NCBI GenBank assembly: GCA_964442035.1
Contig: CAYTWZ010000002.1
Location: 2,211 to 31,173 of the forward strand
Length of the DNA: 28,963 bases
Source of the DNA: an uncultured Oscillospiraceae bacterium
Lineage (GTDB): Bacteria > Bacillota > Clostridia > UMGS1883
Reading direction: 5' to 3'
Of the stretch, positions 7,035-16,700 are shown piece after piece (the stretch's first letter is position 1; each line of letters begins with the position of its first letter). The notes beneath the pieces were generated by a model. That model made no database searches. It worked only from the letters and a program-made list of their open reading frames with translations, and was not told the origin of the DNA. Made by a program: the position numbers and the translations under genes.

Positions 7035-7666
7035 GGCAGTTCCTTTCTGATGTGGCCATATATGGAGGCCAGAGCATTGTTAAGTAAAATATATCGAGCC
7101 ATGGCTAAAGGAGCATATCCGTCTCTTAGCCCTTCCCGGTCATAATATTCCGACGCCGCGGAAATGATTTCCTCCGGTTCATCCCAGCCCAAAGCCCACA
7201 AAAGCCTTTCGGCCTCAGAGGATATAAGCAAATTTGCGTCTTCCCGGCCGTCGGGGGGCGTTCCGTGGAGCTCAAGCATTTTTTTCAGCCTGTTATAAAT
7301 ATATATGTGCCTGAATTTCGGGTCAGACATCTCCGGCATAGGTAGCTCAGGCAGCTCCGCAGCAGGGCTCAGAGCTTCGGACAAAAAGCCCGTATCAGAG
7401 AAAAAGCTTACAAAGCCCTTCCCCGTATTTGCCGGGCGCAGACCCCCACGGGGCTCTATTGCTGTTACAAGATTCGCAGCGATTACCTCCGCACTCACAG
7501 ACAACTCCTTCGCAAGTACAAAGGCCGCCGTGACGGAAAAAGCCCCGTTGCTCCTATCCTTGGGACGTATTACGGAAAATTCGGGACAAAAGCCGTACAG
7601 CCTGAACGCGGCTTCCTCCGTGATGGAGCAGACCAGCCCCTTGCGGTTCTCTAAGGCCGCTTTCAC
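7031..7666 (-). CDS. Arginyl-tRNA-synthetase-derived mini-protein. It has the ArgRS N-terminal (Arg_tRNA_synt_N-like) domain fused directly to a DALR anticodon-binding domain and lacks the catalytic core.
   Basis: PKDRSNGAFSVTAAFVLAKELSVSAEVIAANL and GKGFVSFF parallel the ArgRS N-terminal motifs (P.d..GDy..n.Am.LAK; GPGFINFF). FRHIYIYNRLKKML...ASEYYDREGL...RYILLNNALASIYG parallels the DALR motifs (YmQYAytRvlSvfRK; aYLydLAglF..fY). There is no HIGH or KMSKS. ATGA overlaps on both sides link it to DUF1934 upstream and ctpA downstream. Confidence 0.55.
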   Translation of the reverse strand: MKAALENRKGLVCSITEEAAFRLYGFCPEFSVIRPKDRSNGAFSVTAAFVLAKELSVSAEVIAANLVTAIEPRGGLRPANTGKGFVSFFSDTGFLSEALSPAAELPELPMPEMSDPKFRHIYIYNRLKKMLELHGTPPDGREDANLLISSEAERLLWALGWDEPEEIISAASEYYDREGLRDGYAPLAMARYILLNNALASIYGHIRKELP

Positions 7667-8079
7667 GGGCGCACCTTTACACTCAGCAAATTGTGACTGT
7701 GAGAAATATTGTTGATGGAAAGATTGTAGTCTATATCCAGTTTTCCGCCGTCCTCATCCATGTTTACGGAAACGTCGTTGGCGGTTACGCTTACGGTGAG
7801 GTTGCCGAAAGGTGTTTCGTAGCAGCTTATGTGACACTGTCCCTTTTCAAAAACCATCCTCGTGTTTGCCTCACCGCTGCGGAGCATTGTTATTACTCCG
7901 TCAGGGGAAATCTTGAGGGTGGTGCTGCATTTTTCCCGGCCTATAAGCTCACCCTCAGGATAGTTGATGTAATATTTGCCGGACTTCTTATAAAAGTGTC
8001 CTTCTGTGCAGTAATTCATTTTGTCGGTGTCACCGCCGGCAGTGACATGTCCGTTGATCTCTACATATACCTGTTTCAT
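7663..8079 (-). CDS. DUF1934 (YwiB-like) small beta-barrel protein.
   Basis: MKQVYVEINGHV... is about 139 aa. GAGG RBS (gaggttaaacaaATG). The longer track ORF starting at 8136 would overlap murI. Confidence 0.55.
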   Translation of the reverse strand: MKQVYVEINGHVTAGGDTDKMNYCTEGHFYKKSGKYYINYPEGELIGREKCSTTLKISPDGVITMLRSGEANTRMVFEKGQCHISCYETPFGNLTVSVTANDVSVNMDEDGGKLDIDYNLSINNISHSHNLLSVKVRP

Positions 8080-8104
8080 TTGTTTAACCTCGCAAGTGTA
8101 TCCT

Positions 8105-8902
8105 TTAAAGTACGGTTCTGTGGACGCTGAGCTCAATTTCCCTGCCCAGAAACATCCCTCCCAGCTTTACAAAGCTTTCGGTGCTGTCAGAAACATAGAA
8201 CTCGTAGTGTCCCTTCTTATTTCCTTCGTTGAGCATGTTTTCTTCACTGAGTATCTTTTTGGTGTAGCAGGCTGCTTCACGGCCTGAGGATATGAGCTTT
8301 ACGTCTTCTCCCATTATATCACCGATCACCTTTTCAAGCAAGGGGTAATGTGTACATCCCAAGATAAGCGTATCCACGTTTTCCTTTTTAAGGGGAGTAA
8401 GGTAATCTCTGGCCACTATACGAGCCACCTCACTGTCAGCGTAGCCATTTTCCACAATGGGTACAAACATGGGGCATGCCGCGCTGAACACATGTACATC
8501 CGGCTCAAGCTGGCGGATTATCTGGGCATATTTATCGCTTTGGATAGTACCGGCAGTGCCGATTACACCGATATGGCCGTTTCTTGAACGCTTGATCGCC
8601 GCCCGGCAGGCGGGCTCAAGCACGCCGATGATCCTTACCCCCATGTCTCCAAGGTAGGGGAGGGCAACGCTGCTGGCAGTGCCGCAGGCGGCAAGTATAA
8701 TCTTGATGTTGTATTTAAGCAAAAAATTTACATCGTCCTTTGTGTAGCGTATAAGTGTTTCCCGGCTCCTGTTGCCATAGGGGACACGTCCCGTGTCTCC
8801 GAAGTATATTATATCCTCGCCGGGCAAAACGCTTATTAGCTGCTTGACAGAGGTCAGTCCGCCTAACCCGCTGTCAAAAACCCCGATAGGGCGATTGTCC
8901 AT
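8105..8902 (-). CDS. murI: Glutamate racemase.
   Basis: MDNRPIGVFDSGLGGLTSV..., the GCTHYP motif and ...AACGTAS... are present. A GGAGG RBS (aattatggaggaatttctATG) precedes the ATG at 8902. The track ORF is extended 5' without an RBS. Confidence 0.85.
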   Translation of the reverse strand: MDNRPIGVFDSGLGGLTSVKQLISVLPGEDIIYFGDTGRVPYGNRSRETLIRYTKDDVNFLLKYNIKIILAACGTASSVALPYLGDMGVRIIGVLEPACRAAIKRSRNGHIGVIGTAGTIQSDKYAQIIRQLEPDVHVFSAACPMFVPIVENGYADSEVARIVARDYLTPLKKENVDTLILGCTHYPLLEKVIGDIMGEDVKLISSGREAACYTKKILSEENMLNEGNKKGHYEFYVSDSTESFVKLGGMFLGREIELSVHRTVL

Positions 8903-9051
8903 AGAAATTCCTCCATAATTAATGATAGTGGTATTATTGAATCTCCCGCTGAAATCCTGAGGAGTGAGCGTCCCCTGCGCAGGTTGCAATCGTTCGCAAG
9001 ATCCATTTCAAGCAAGCTTGATGGAGCGTTGTTCCGATTTAAACCGGCAGA

Positions 9052-9930
9052 TCAATTTAAAACCAGCATTTTGTCCCAGTGCCTTTGACTGTGATTGCGA
9101 AAAAACACCGCCATAGCGCCGTTGTCATATATTTCCAAAAAAGCACTGCGTATGGCGTTGCCACGGCCCGTTTCAAGGCTGGAAATATTAATCTGGGTCA
9201 GCATGTGGTTATCTGTGCCGCATATTTGACGACCCCAGTCCTTGCCCGCCCATACACTGTCGCCTATGTGAGCATGACCGTAAAAATGTGCCCTGACGTT
9301 ATTTTGGATAGGCAGGAAGTTGCCCATATACTCTGTGGCCCGATTCCCTCCTGGATAGGAATAATGTCCGGCGGTAATTACATCCGCCATGTTGTCGCGC
9401 TTTGCCGCAATAGCCTGAAAATCTTCATATGTATACGGGTAACCGACACCAAATGCCCTTCCGTGGCAAAAATGCCAGCTTCCGTCCTCCGCCGCACAGT
9501 CCGCCAAAAAAAGAACATCTATGCTGCCGATCTTGTCCCAAAAGTAAAAGTCACTTACACGCTTGGTGGTTTTCCAGCCGTCGGAGACATGCGAGACTAC
9601 CATTTCACGGAATGGGAGCACGGCATCGCCGTGCTCCGATATATAGTCCATGTCGTGATTGCCCGGACAGTAGCATACCGGAACCTTCATTCGGAGAAAT
9701 ACCTCCTCCTGCATCCTTGCCATCTGCCAAAGCTTCCCAAGGTCAGCCCCTTCCACACTGTCACCAAGATACCATGCCTTTTCACAGGTCAGGCCCAGTG
9801 AAGCGATATCCTCCGCCGCAGTGTACATACAGCGGCGGCTCCGGTCAGGGTCATGCTGCTGTAGGTCACTTAAAAGCCATACTCGGTGCAGAACATGTTT
9901 CTTTGATTTTTCAAGAAAATATTCAATCAT
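9052..9930 (-). CDS. Calcineurin-like metallophosphoesterase.
   Basis: Metallophosphatase motifs: D-x-H context (LLSDLQQHD), GDSVEGAD, CPGNHD and GHAH. Confidence 0.6.
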   Translation of the reverse strand: MIEYFLEKSKKHVLHRVWLLSDLQQHDPDRSRRCMYTAAEDIASLGLTCEKAWYLGDSVEGADLGKLWQMARMQEEVFLRMKVPVCYCPGNHDMDYISEHGDAVLPFREMVVSHVSDGWKTTKRVSDFYFWDKIGSIDVLFLADCAAEDGSWHFCHGRAFGVGYPYTYEDFQAIAAKRDNMADVITAGHYSYPGGNRATEYMGNFLPIQNNVRAHFYGHAHIGDSVWAGKDWGRQICGTDNHMLTQINISSLETGRGNAIRSAFLEIYDNGAMAVFFRNHSQRHWDKMLVLN

Positions 9931-9951
9931 GCCGGGTATCCTTTCACAGAT

Positions 9952-11475
9952 TTATTTTACCAGACTTTCGCCGGTCATTTCCTTGGGCTGTTCTATGCCC
10001 ATAAGCTTGAGCATGGTGGGCGTGATGTCCGCAAGTCTGCCGCCCTCGCGGAGTGAACCGCAGTCCGCGCCTACAACGATGAAGGGAACAGGATTGGTAG
10101 TGTGGGCTGTGAAGGGAGCCTTGGTCACAGGGTCGATTAGCTGATCCGCGTTGCCGTGATCGGCAGTGATGCACACTATGCCGCTTTTTTTGAGTACAGC
10201 CTCAGTGACCTGACCAACGCAGTCGTCAACAGCCTCAACGGCCTTGATGGTTGCGGGGATTATTCCGGTATGGCCTACCATATCGCAGTTGGCGAAATTG
10301 AGAATGATAACATCAAACTTGTCAGCTTCGATTTCCTTTATGACTGCATCCTTGACCTCGTAGGCGCTCATTTCGGGCTTAAGATCAAAGGTCGGTACAT
10401 CTGGAGACTGGATAAGAATTCTTTCTTCCCCGGGGAACTGTTTTTCCTCGCCGCCGTTGAAGAAGAAGGTAACGTGGGCATACTTTTGGGTCTCGGCAAT
10501 TCTAAGCTGAGTAAGACCAAGCTTGCTTACATACTCGCCGAATGTCATTGTAAGGGCTTCGGGAGGATAGGCAACTGTTACGTTAGGCATGGAGGCATCA
10601 TACTGAGCCATGCACACAAAGTTGACGGGGAAGAATCCGCGCCTGCGCTCAAAACCGTCAAAATCCGGATCCACAAAGGCGCGGGTAATCTGACGTGCCC
10701 GGTCAGGACGGAAGTTGAAGCAGATAACGCTGTCACCTTCACTGATCATTCCGTCGCTGTCAACCACAGTGGGAAGCATAAACTCGTCGGTAACGCCATT
10801 TTTATAGGAGTTTTTGATGGCCTGTACAGGGTCATTCTCGCTGACGCCCTCACCAAGCACCATTGCATCGTATGCCTTGACTACACGATCCCAGGCTTTA
10901 TCACGATCCATAGCGTAGTAACGGCCTGCTACAGTGGCTACCCTGCCAATACCGATCTCAAACATTTTTTCAACCAGCTGTGCCATATAGCCCGCTCCAG
11001 AGGTCGGAGGTGTGTCACGTCCGTCCAGAAAAGCGTGTACATATACTTTTTTGACCCCAAGCTTTTTAGCCATGTCGATAAGACCGTAAAGGTGCTCGTT
11101 GTGACTGTGAACGCCTCCGTCAGAGAGAAGTCCGAACAGGTGAAGAGCCTTTCCGCTGTCGGCAGCGGCCTTCATGTTAGCCTTAAGGACACTGTTGTCC
11201 AGTATAGCGCCGTCCTTGATGTCCTTTGAAATTTTCACCAGCATCTGATATACAATACGTCCGGCGCCGATGTTGGTGTGTCCAACCTCACTGTTGCCCA
11301 TTTGTCCGTCGGGAAGGCCTACATCAAGGCCGCTGGCGGAAATTATGGTGTTGGGGCAGGTTGCCATATATCTGTCAAGGTTAGGCTTTTGTGCGGCCAT
11401 TACGCAGTTGCCCTCTTCATTGGGGTTGATGCCGTAGCCGTCCATTATAAGCAGAGCAATAGGTTTTTTAGGCAT
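9952..11475 (-). CDS. gpmI: 2,3-bisphosphoglycerate-independent phosphoglycerate mutase.
   Basis: MPKKPIALLIMDGYG..., SEVGHTNIGAGR and ...ITADHGNADQ... are typical of iPGM. A GGAGG RBS is present. Confidence 0.9.
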   Translation of the reverse strand: MPKKPIALLIMDGYGINPNEEGNCVMAAQKPNLDRYMATCPNTIISASGLDVGLPDGQMGNSEVGHTNIGAGRIVYQMLVKISKDIKDGAILDNSVLKANMKAAADSGKALHLFGLLSDGGVHSHNEHLYGLIDMAKKLGVKKVYVHAFLDGRDTPPTSGAGYMAQLVEKMFEIGIGRVATVAGRYYAMDRDKAWDRVVKAYDAMVLGEGVSENDPVQAIKNSYKNGVTDEFMLPTVVDSDGMISEGDSVICFNFRPDRARQITRAFVDPDFDGFERRRGFFPVNFVCMAQYDASMPNVTVAYPPEALTMTFGEYVSKLGLTQLRIAETQKYAHVTFFFNGGEEKQFPGEERILIQSPDVPTFDLKPEMSAYEVKDAVIKEIEADKFDVIILNFANCDMVGHTGIIPATIKAVEAVDDCVGQVTEAVLKKSGIVCITADHGNADQLIDPVTKAPFTAHTTNPVPFIVVGADCGSLREGGRLADITPTMLKLMGIEQPKEMTGESLVK

Positions 11476-11511
11476 TGTTATTACCTCCGTATCAATAGTG
11501 TTAATAGAACC

Positions 11512-11546
11512 AAAGGGGCGCTAAACGCCCCTTTTATTATTTTGTG
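11512..11546. terminator. GC-rich hairpin (AAAGGGGCG-CTAAA-CGCCCCTTT) with flanking T/A tracts in the tpiA-gpmI intergenic spacer.
   Basis: 9-bp stem with a 5-nt loop. A TTTTATTATTTT tract lies on the plus strand and TTTGGTTCTATT on the minus strand. It sits inside a co-directional glycolytic gene block, so it may be a partial terminator, a processing site or a stability element. Confidence 0.4.
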
Positions 11547-11550
11547 AAAT

Positions 11551-12303
11551 TTACTTTGCGGCTTCTGTGATCTGTGCAAAGTCAGCGGATTTGAGGGAGG
11601 CTCCGCCGATAAGTCCGCCGTCAATGTTGGGTTTTGCAAGCAGTTCGGCAGCGTTTTTGGCGTTCATGCTTCCGCCGTACTGGATGGTGATTTCGGCGGC
11701 TGTGGCCTGATCGTACAGTCCCTCAAGCACCTTGCGAATAGCGCCGCAGACCTCCTCAGCCTGATCGGCAGTAGCGGTCTTGCCTGTACCTATGGCCCAG
11801 ATAGGCTCATAGGCTACTACTACCTTCTTGGCATCATCAGCGCTTACACCGGAAAACGCCTTCTTGATCTGTATTGTGATAAGATCCATAGTGATACCGA
11901 CTTCTCTCTGGCCAAGGCTTTCACCTACGCAGAGAATGGGTATAAGGCCCTTTTCCAGCGCTTTCTTTACCTTCAGGTTGACGGTTTCGTCTGTCTCGGC
12001 AAAGTACTGGCGGCGCTCACTGTGGCCTATAATAACGTACTTGACGCCAAGGTCAATGAGCATGTCGGCGCTTACCTCGCCGGTATATGCGCCCTTGTCC
12101 TCAAAGTGGAGGTTTTCCGCGCCGATCTCTACGTGAGTGCCTTCCGCACCCTTAACTGCTTCGGCAAGGTTGACAAAGGGGGTGCAGCAAACAACTGTGC
12201 AGCTTGCGCCCTTGGTGGCCTCGGCCACTTCCTTGACATAAGCGCAGGTTTCGGAGGGAAGCTTGTTCATCTTCCAGTTTCCCGCAATTATATATTTACC
12301 CAT
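11551..12303 (-). CDS. tpiA: Triose-phosphate isomerase.
   Basis: MGKYIIAGNWKMN..., AYEPIWAIGTG and the catalytic H/E context are present. Confidence 0.9.
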   Translation of the reverse strand: MGKYIIAGNWKMNKLPSETCAYVKEVAEATKGASCTVVCCTPFVNLAEAVKGAEGTHVEIGAENLHFEDKGAYTGEVSADMLIDLGVKYVIIGHSERRQYFAETDETVNLKVKKALEKGLIPILCVGESLGQREVGITMDLITIQIKKAFSGVSADDAKKVVVAYEPIWAIGTGKTATADQAEEVCGAIRKVLEGLYDQATAAEITIQYGGSMNAKNAAELLAKPNIDGGLIGGASLKSADFAQITEAAK

Positions 12304-12324
12304 CTGAATTACTCCTTTTGCTGA

Positions 12325-13518
12325 TTACTTGTCATTGAGCGCCGCAATACCGGGAAGGTCCTTGCCCTCAAGGTACTCAAGGCTTGCACCGCCGCCTGTG
12401 GAAATATGGGTCATCTTGTCGCCAAGACCGGCCTGGTTTACAGCCGCAACGCTGTCACCGCCGCCGATAACTGTGGTAGCGCCCTCAAGTGCGGCAAGCA
12501 CCTGAGCGATAGCGTTTGTACCCTTTGCGAAGTTGGGCATTTCAAACACGCCCATTGGTCCGTTCCATACTACTGTCTTGGCGTCCTTAAGAACCTCTGT
12601 GAACAGCTCAACGGACTTGGGTCCGATGTCAAGTCCCTGCCAGCCGGCCTCGATGCCACCCTGAGGAACGACCTTGCTTTCGGTGTCGTTATCAAAATCC
12701 CTGCCCACAACCGTATCAACGGGAAGCACCAGCTTGTCGCCGGCCTTTTCCATCATCTTCTTGGCGTAGTCAACAAAATCAGCTTCAAGCAGGGAGTCGC
12801 CGACTTCCTCACCCATAGCCTTCATGAAAGTGTATGCCATGCCGCCGCCGATAATGAGCTTATCAACCTTGTCAAGCAGGTTCTCAATGACAGAGATCTT
12901 GCTGGAAACCTTACTGCCGCCAAGGATAGCTACCAAGGGACGTACAGGTGCGTTAACAGCGTTGCCAAGGTATTGGATCTCCTTCTGAATCAGGTAACCG
13001 GCAACAGCGGGCTGAAGATATTCCGTAACGCCAACGTTGGAGCAGTGTGCTCTGTGCGCTGTACCGAAAGCGTCGTTTACAAACATATCGGCAAGAGAAG
13101 CAAGCTCCTTGCTGAAGGCTTCAACATTCTTTGTTTCCTCAGCTCTGTAGCGGGTGTTTTCAAGGAGTACAACGTCTCCGTCCTGCATTTCAGCAACGGC
13201 TTTCTTCGCGTTTTCGCCTACAACATTGGCGTCAGCGGCAAATACAACAGGCTTGCCAAGCTTTTCACTGAGGCGCTCCGCCACAGGAGCAAGGGAAAGC
13301 TCGGGCTTAGGCTCGCCCTTGGGCTTGCCCAGATGAGAGCAAAGAATTACCTTTGCGCCGTTATTAATAAGATACTGGATAGTGGGAAGGGCAGCTACGA
13401 TTCTTGTCTCGTCTGTGATAGTGCCTTCCTTAAGGGGTACGTTAAAATCGCAACGTACAAGAACCCTTTTGCCCTTTACCTCAACATCCTCGATGGTCTT
13501 TTTGTTTGTCATGCTCAT
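12325..13518 (-). CDS. pgk: Phosphoglycerate kinase.
   Basis: ...[11 protein letters not shown]... and GGGASLE motifs are present. The ATG at 13518 is preceded by a GAGGTG RBS. The track start at 13527 is a GTG inside that RBS. Confidence 0.9.
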   Translation of the reverse strand: MSMTNKKTIEDVEVKGKRVLVRCDFNVPLKEGTITDETRIVAALPTIQYLINNGAKVILCSHLGKPKGEPKPELSLAPVAERLSEKLGKPVVFAADANVVGENAKKAVAEMQDGDVVLLENTRYRAEETKNVEAFSKELASLADMFVNDAFGTAHRAHCSNVGVTEYLQPAVAGYLIQKEIQYLGNAVNAPVRPLVAILGGSKVSSKISVIENLLDKVDKLIIGGGMAYTFMKAMGEEVGDSLLEADFVDYAKKMMEKAGDKLVLPVDTVVGRDFDNDTESKVVPQGGIEAGWQGLDIGPKSVELFTEVLKDAKTVVWNGPMGVFEMPNFAKGTNAIAQVLAALEGATTVIGGGDSVAAVNQAGLGDKMTHISTGGGASLEYLEGKDLPGIAALNDK

Positions 13519-13600
13519 TTGAATCACCTCATAATTTATTTTTAAAAAATAACCAACAAATGTTATGGAACAATTTCCCGTGTCCCACTGTCACATATAT

Positions 13601-13653
13601 ATTATACCATCTTTTTAAGGAAATGCAAGAAAAAAATATACAAATTTGCATTT
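13601..13653 (-). promoter_or_regulatory. Putative pgk promoter (-10 TATAAT as the reverse complement of 13601-13606; -35 CTTGCA as the reverse complement of 13624-13629). The -35 overlaps an inverted repeat AAATGCAA-N17-TTGCATTT that is a candidate operator.
   Basis: Hexamers read from the sequence with a 17-nt spacer. The 8-bp perfect inverted repeat lies at 13621-13628 and 13646-13653. Confidence 0.35.
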
Positions 13654-13724
13654 AATTTACATAGCCTTTAATTCACTTTAATTTGCGTGATTTTTGACAT
13701 AGAATGTTCAGTTATACCATATGC

Positions 13725-13764
13725 GGCTAAGGGCAGCCGGCCGATTGCGGCCGACTGCCCTTAG
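13725..13764 (-). terminator. Strong hairpin (17-bp stem with one mismatch, GCTAAGGGCAGCCGGCC / GGCCGACTGCCCTTAGC) 12 nt downstream of the stop codon of the large surface-protein gene.
   Basis: Inverted repeat read directly from the sequence. There is no clear U-tract. Confidence 0.45.
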
Positions 13765-13775
13765 CAAGAGATCGG

Positions 13776-16700
13776 TTATTTGCTTACTGACGTCAATGCG
13801 CATGAGGATGAGCCTGAGTACGTGCCGCCGGTCACTATTCCGTATGGCTCTTTCCCCGTGAAAGCGCCACCTGTTACGCTCCCTCCGTAATTTAATGTGT
13901 ATGAGCCGCTTTTGATTTCAGGTGTTGATATAAATACCCATGCGTATGCTTTTGACGGTACATATGTCACAATTTCATCCCCGCTTGAATTTGTTAGCTT
14001 GAACGCCTTACCCGCTGATTGTGATGAAAAGCCGCCTGAACCGCCCCACATACCGCTGCCGGAGGAACTTGACGAAGTCACAACGTAATACTGCTTCGCG
14101 CTGTCGGGAGTTATCGCCATATCGGATGAACCTGCGCCAATTACAGTACCTCCTGTAATTGAAAGTGTGTCGCCGTTGTTATCGCCTATGTCAAACACGC
14201 CGTTCCCGCCGCTTGTGGGGCCGTTTACAAGAAGCGTACCGCCCGAAATTAGAGCGCTGCCGTTGCTGTCAAAGCCATCGCCCTCTGCTTCGATATAGAC
14301 CAGTCCGCCGGATATTTCAACATATCCGTATGTCGACGAATCCTCACCGCCCCAGTTGGGACCGCTGTTCCAGCCTTGATTGCCGCCGTTCCAGCCTTGA
14401 TTGCCGCCCGGCCCCGCTAAAAGCTCAACTGACAAAGCGGAAACGGTATCAATGTCATATGCGCTGTCTGTCGGCTTGTCGCCTGCCGCGTTTACACCGT
14501 CGTCAGAGGAAACGATTCTTGTTTCACCGCCTAAAACATATATATTTGCGGCTTCTATGCCTTCATAGCTCTTTGTAATATTTATATCGGCGTTATCGCT
14601 TATATAAAGATAGCTGTCGCCGTGTATCCCATCGTCGCCTGTGGCGGCGGTTATGCTTCCGCCGATTATGCGCACAGTATGGTTTGAATGAACGGCGTCA
14701 TCATAGGTGTTTATATTGAAAGTGCCGCCACTGATATAAACAAGGTTGCCGCCCTTTACGCCCTTACAGCTGCTCGCCGCCTCGGGATTGTTTGCCGAAA
14801 CGGTCTGGGGCGCACCGCCGTATGCGGTCAAATCAAATGTGCCGCCGGAAATATTTGTTATGTTCTCGCTTTGTATACAATCCTGCTGGGAATTTACAGT
14901 GATATTGCCGTCTGTAACAACAACATTTCCGGTCCCGCACTGTATTCCGTCCTCGCTACAGGTTATGTCAAGAGTTCCTCCGTTGATATCAATTTCACCC
15001 TCTACATAGGCGAGAACCGTTGCTCCGTCTGTGTCGTATATTACCTCATTTACTTGAATTCCCTCCAAGGCTTTGGTGATCGTTATATTTGCGCCGCTAC
15101 CTATTGTAATGTTTTTTACCGCTTTGATTCCGTCCTCACCGGCCGACGCGACAATTGTGCCGCCTGTGATCGCCACACAGCCATCGCCCTCGGCAGGCGT
15201 GCCACTTGTTAACGTCGTGTCCTCAAGGTATGCAATGCTCGAAGCATTAGCCTTGATAGCTTCACCCGCGGCGTTGATCGTTATGTCGCCGCCAGTGATC
15301 GTGAGAAGAGTATCAGCTTGTATGCCGTCCCCGTTTGATACAGTGCCGTCCGTGCCTGTTGTTGTTTTTGAGGTTATATTTATTGTGCCGCCGTTTATCG
15401 TAACAGAACCGCCGGAAACGTATTCATTTGTCAGCGCGTCAATTTCAGGATCCTGATCGGACTTGATTCCGTCTCCTCCGGAAACAACCGTTATCGAATT
15501 GTTTTTCTTTGTGATTTTTACGGATTGGTCACCCTTTATGCCGTTGTTTGCGGCAGTAACATTTAAATCGCAGACGCCAATTTCGATGTCGTTCTTACAG
15601 CGTATGCCGTTCCCGTAATCGGATATTGCGTTAAGCGTTCCCTCACCCTTTATTGTAAGGTCATTCTTGCTGTAAATTGCTGTTGTATCCCCGTCCGATG
15701 AAGCTGATCTGAATGTGCTTTCGTTTTCTGTGGGAACAAGTGTTACCGTTCCCTTTAAACCGTCAAACGCGTTCCCCGTTGTGCTTGTTACGCTTACACC
15801 GTCAAGATTGACGGTGATTAAATCTGTCTTTTCGGAGGAATTAACTATTATCTGTCCATCGTTTAATGTGCCCTCAACGGTATATTCTCCCGCCGCCGTA
15901 ATTGTAACGGCAGTTCCAGATACGGTTACATTTTCAATGCCATCGGCATTCACGCTGTCACCCATAAGATGTATTATTCCGTCACCCGCGGAAATTACGG
16001 GATCCTGTGGAGATTCCTCCTCAGTCGCTTTGGTGGTGACGGTAACAGTGATATCGCCTGTTATCTTGGTTATTCTGTATGTATTTTCCCCAAGCTCGGA
16101 GGGCAGCTTTAGATTTTTGTAATTTGTTGACGGGGTCACTTCAACAGATTCGATCTCGTAGCCCTCATCCGCGGTAATCTTAAAATTCACCTGTCCGTTG
16201 CCGGAGGTATCGATTTCGCCGGTGTCGCCGCTTCGCGCGTATGCCTCTGTAACAAACTGCTCATCGCCTGTAAACACCTGCGTGTCAGACACGGCTATTG
16301 ATGCGTGGGAATCGGTCTCAAATGTCGCTTTAAAGCCCTCCGCTGTCGTTGCCTTGGTGGTGACGGTAACAGTGATATCGCCTGTTATCTTGGTTATTCT
16401 GTATGTATTTTCCCCAAGCTCGGAGGGCAGCTTTAGATTTTTGTAATTTGTTGACGGGGTCACTTCAACAGATTCGATCTCGTAGCCCTCATCCGCGGTA
16501 ATCTTAAAATTCACCTGTCCGTTGCCGGAGGTATCGATTTCGCCGGTGTCGCCGCTTCGCGCGTATGCCTCTGTAACAAACTGCTCATCGCCTGTAAACA
16601 CCTGCGTGTCAGACACGGCTATTGATGCGTGGGAATCGGTTTCAAATGTTGCTTTAAAGCCCTCCACAGGAACAAACACATCACTTAGCGGCTCAAGGGT

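Noticed and set aside
10156-11229. Long antisense ORFs inside real genes: 10156-11229 (gpmI), 12406-13545 (pgk), 20539-21264 (potD), 14159-16122 and 16198-17145 (surface-protein gene), 22556-24575 (sugar-nucleotide gene), 26593-27518 (flotillin) and 17847-18506 (potA).
   Set aside because: They are shadow ORFs opposite strongly supported CDSs. They lack RBSs and have low-complexity or odd composition. The duplicated peptides in 16198-16446 and 16522-17145 merely reflect the 324-bp tandem repeat.
13570-13600. A CggR-type operator upstream of pgk (GTCCC/GGGAC and TGTC fragments in TTCCCGTGTCCCACTGTCAC).
   Set aside because: It does not fit the CGGGAC-N6-TGTC direct-repeat architecture. The fragments are probably chance or a degenerate remnant.
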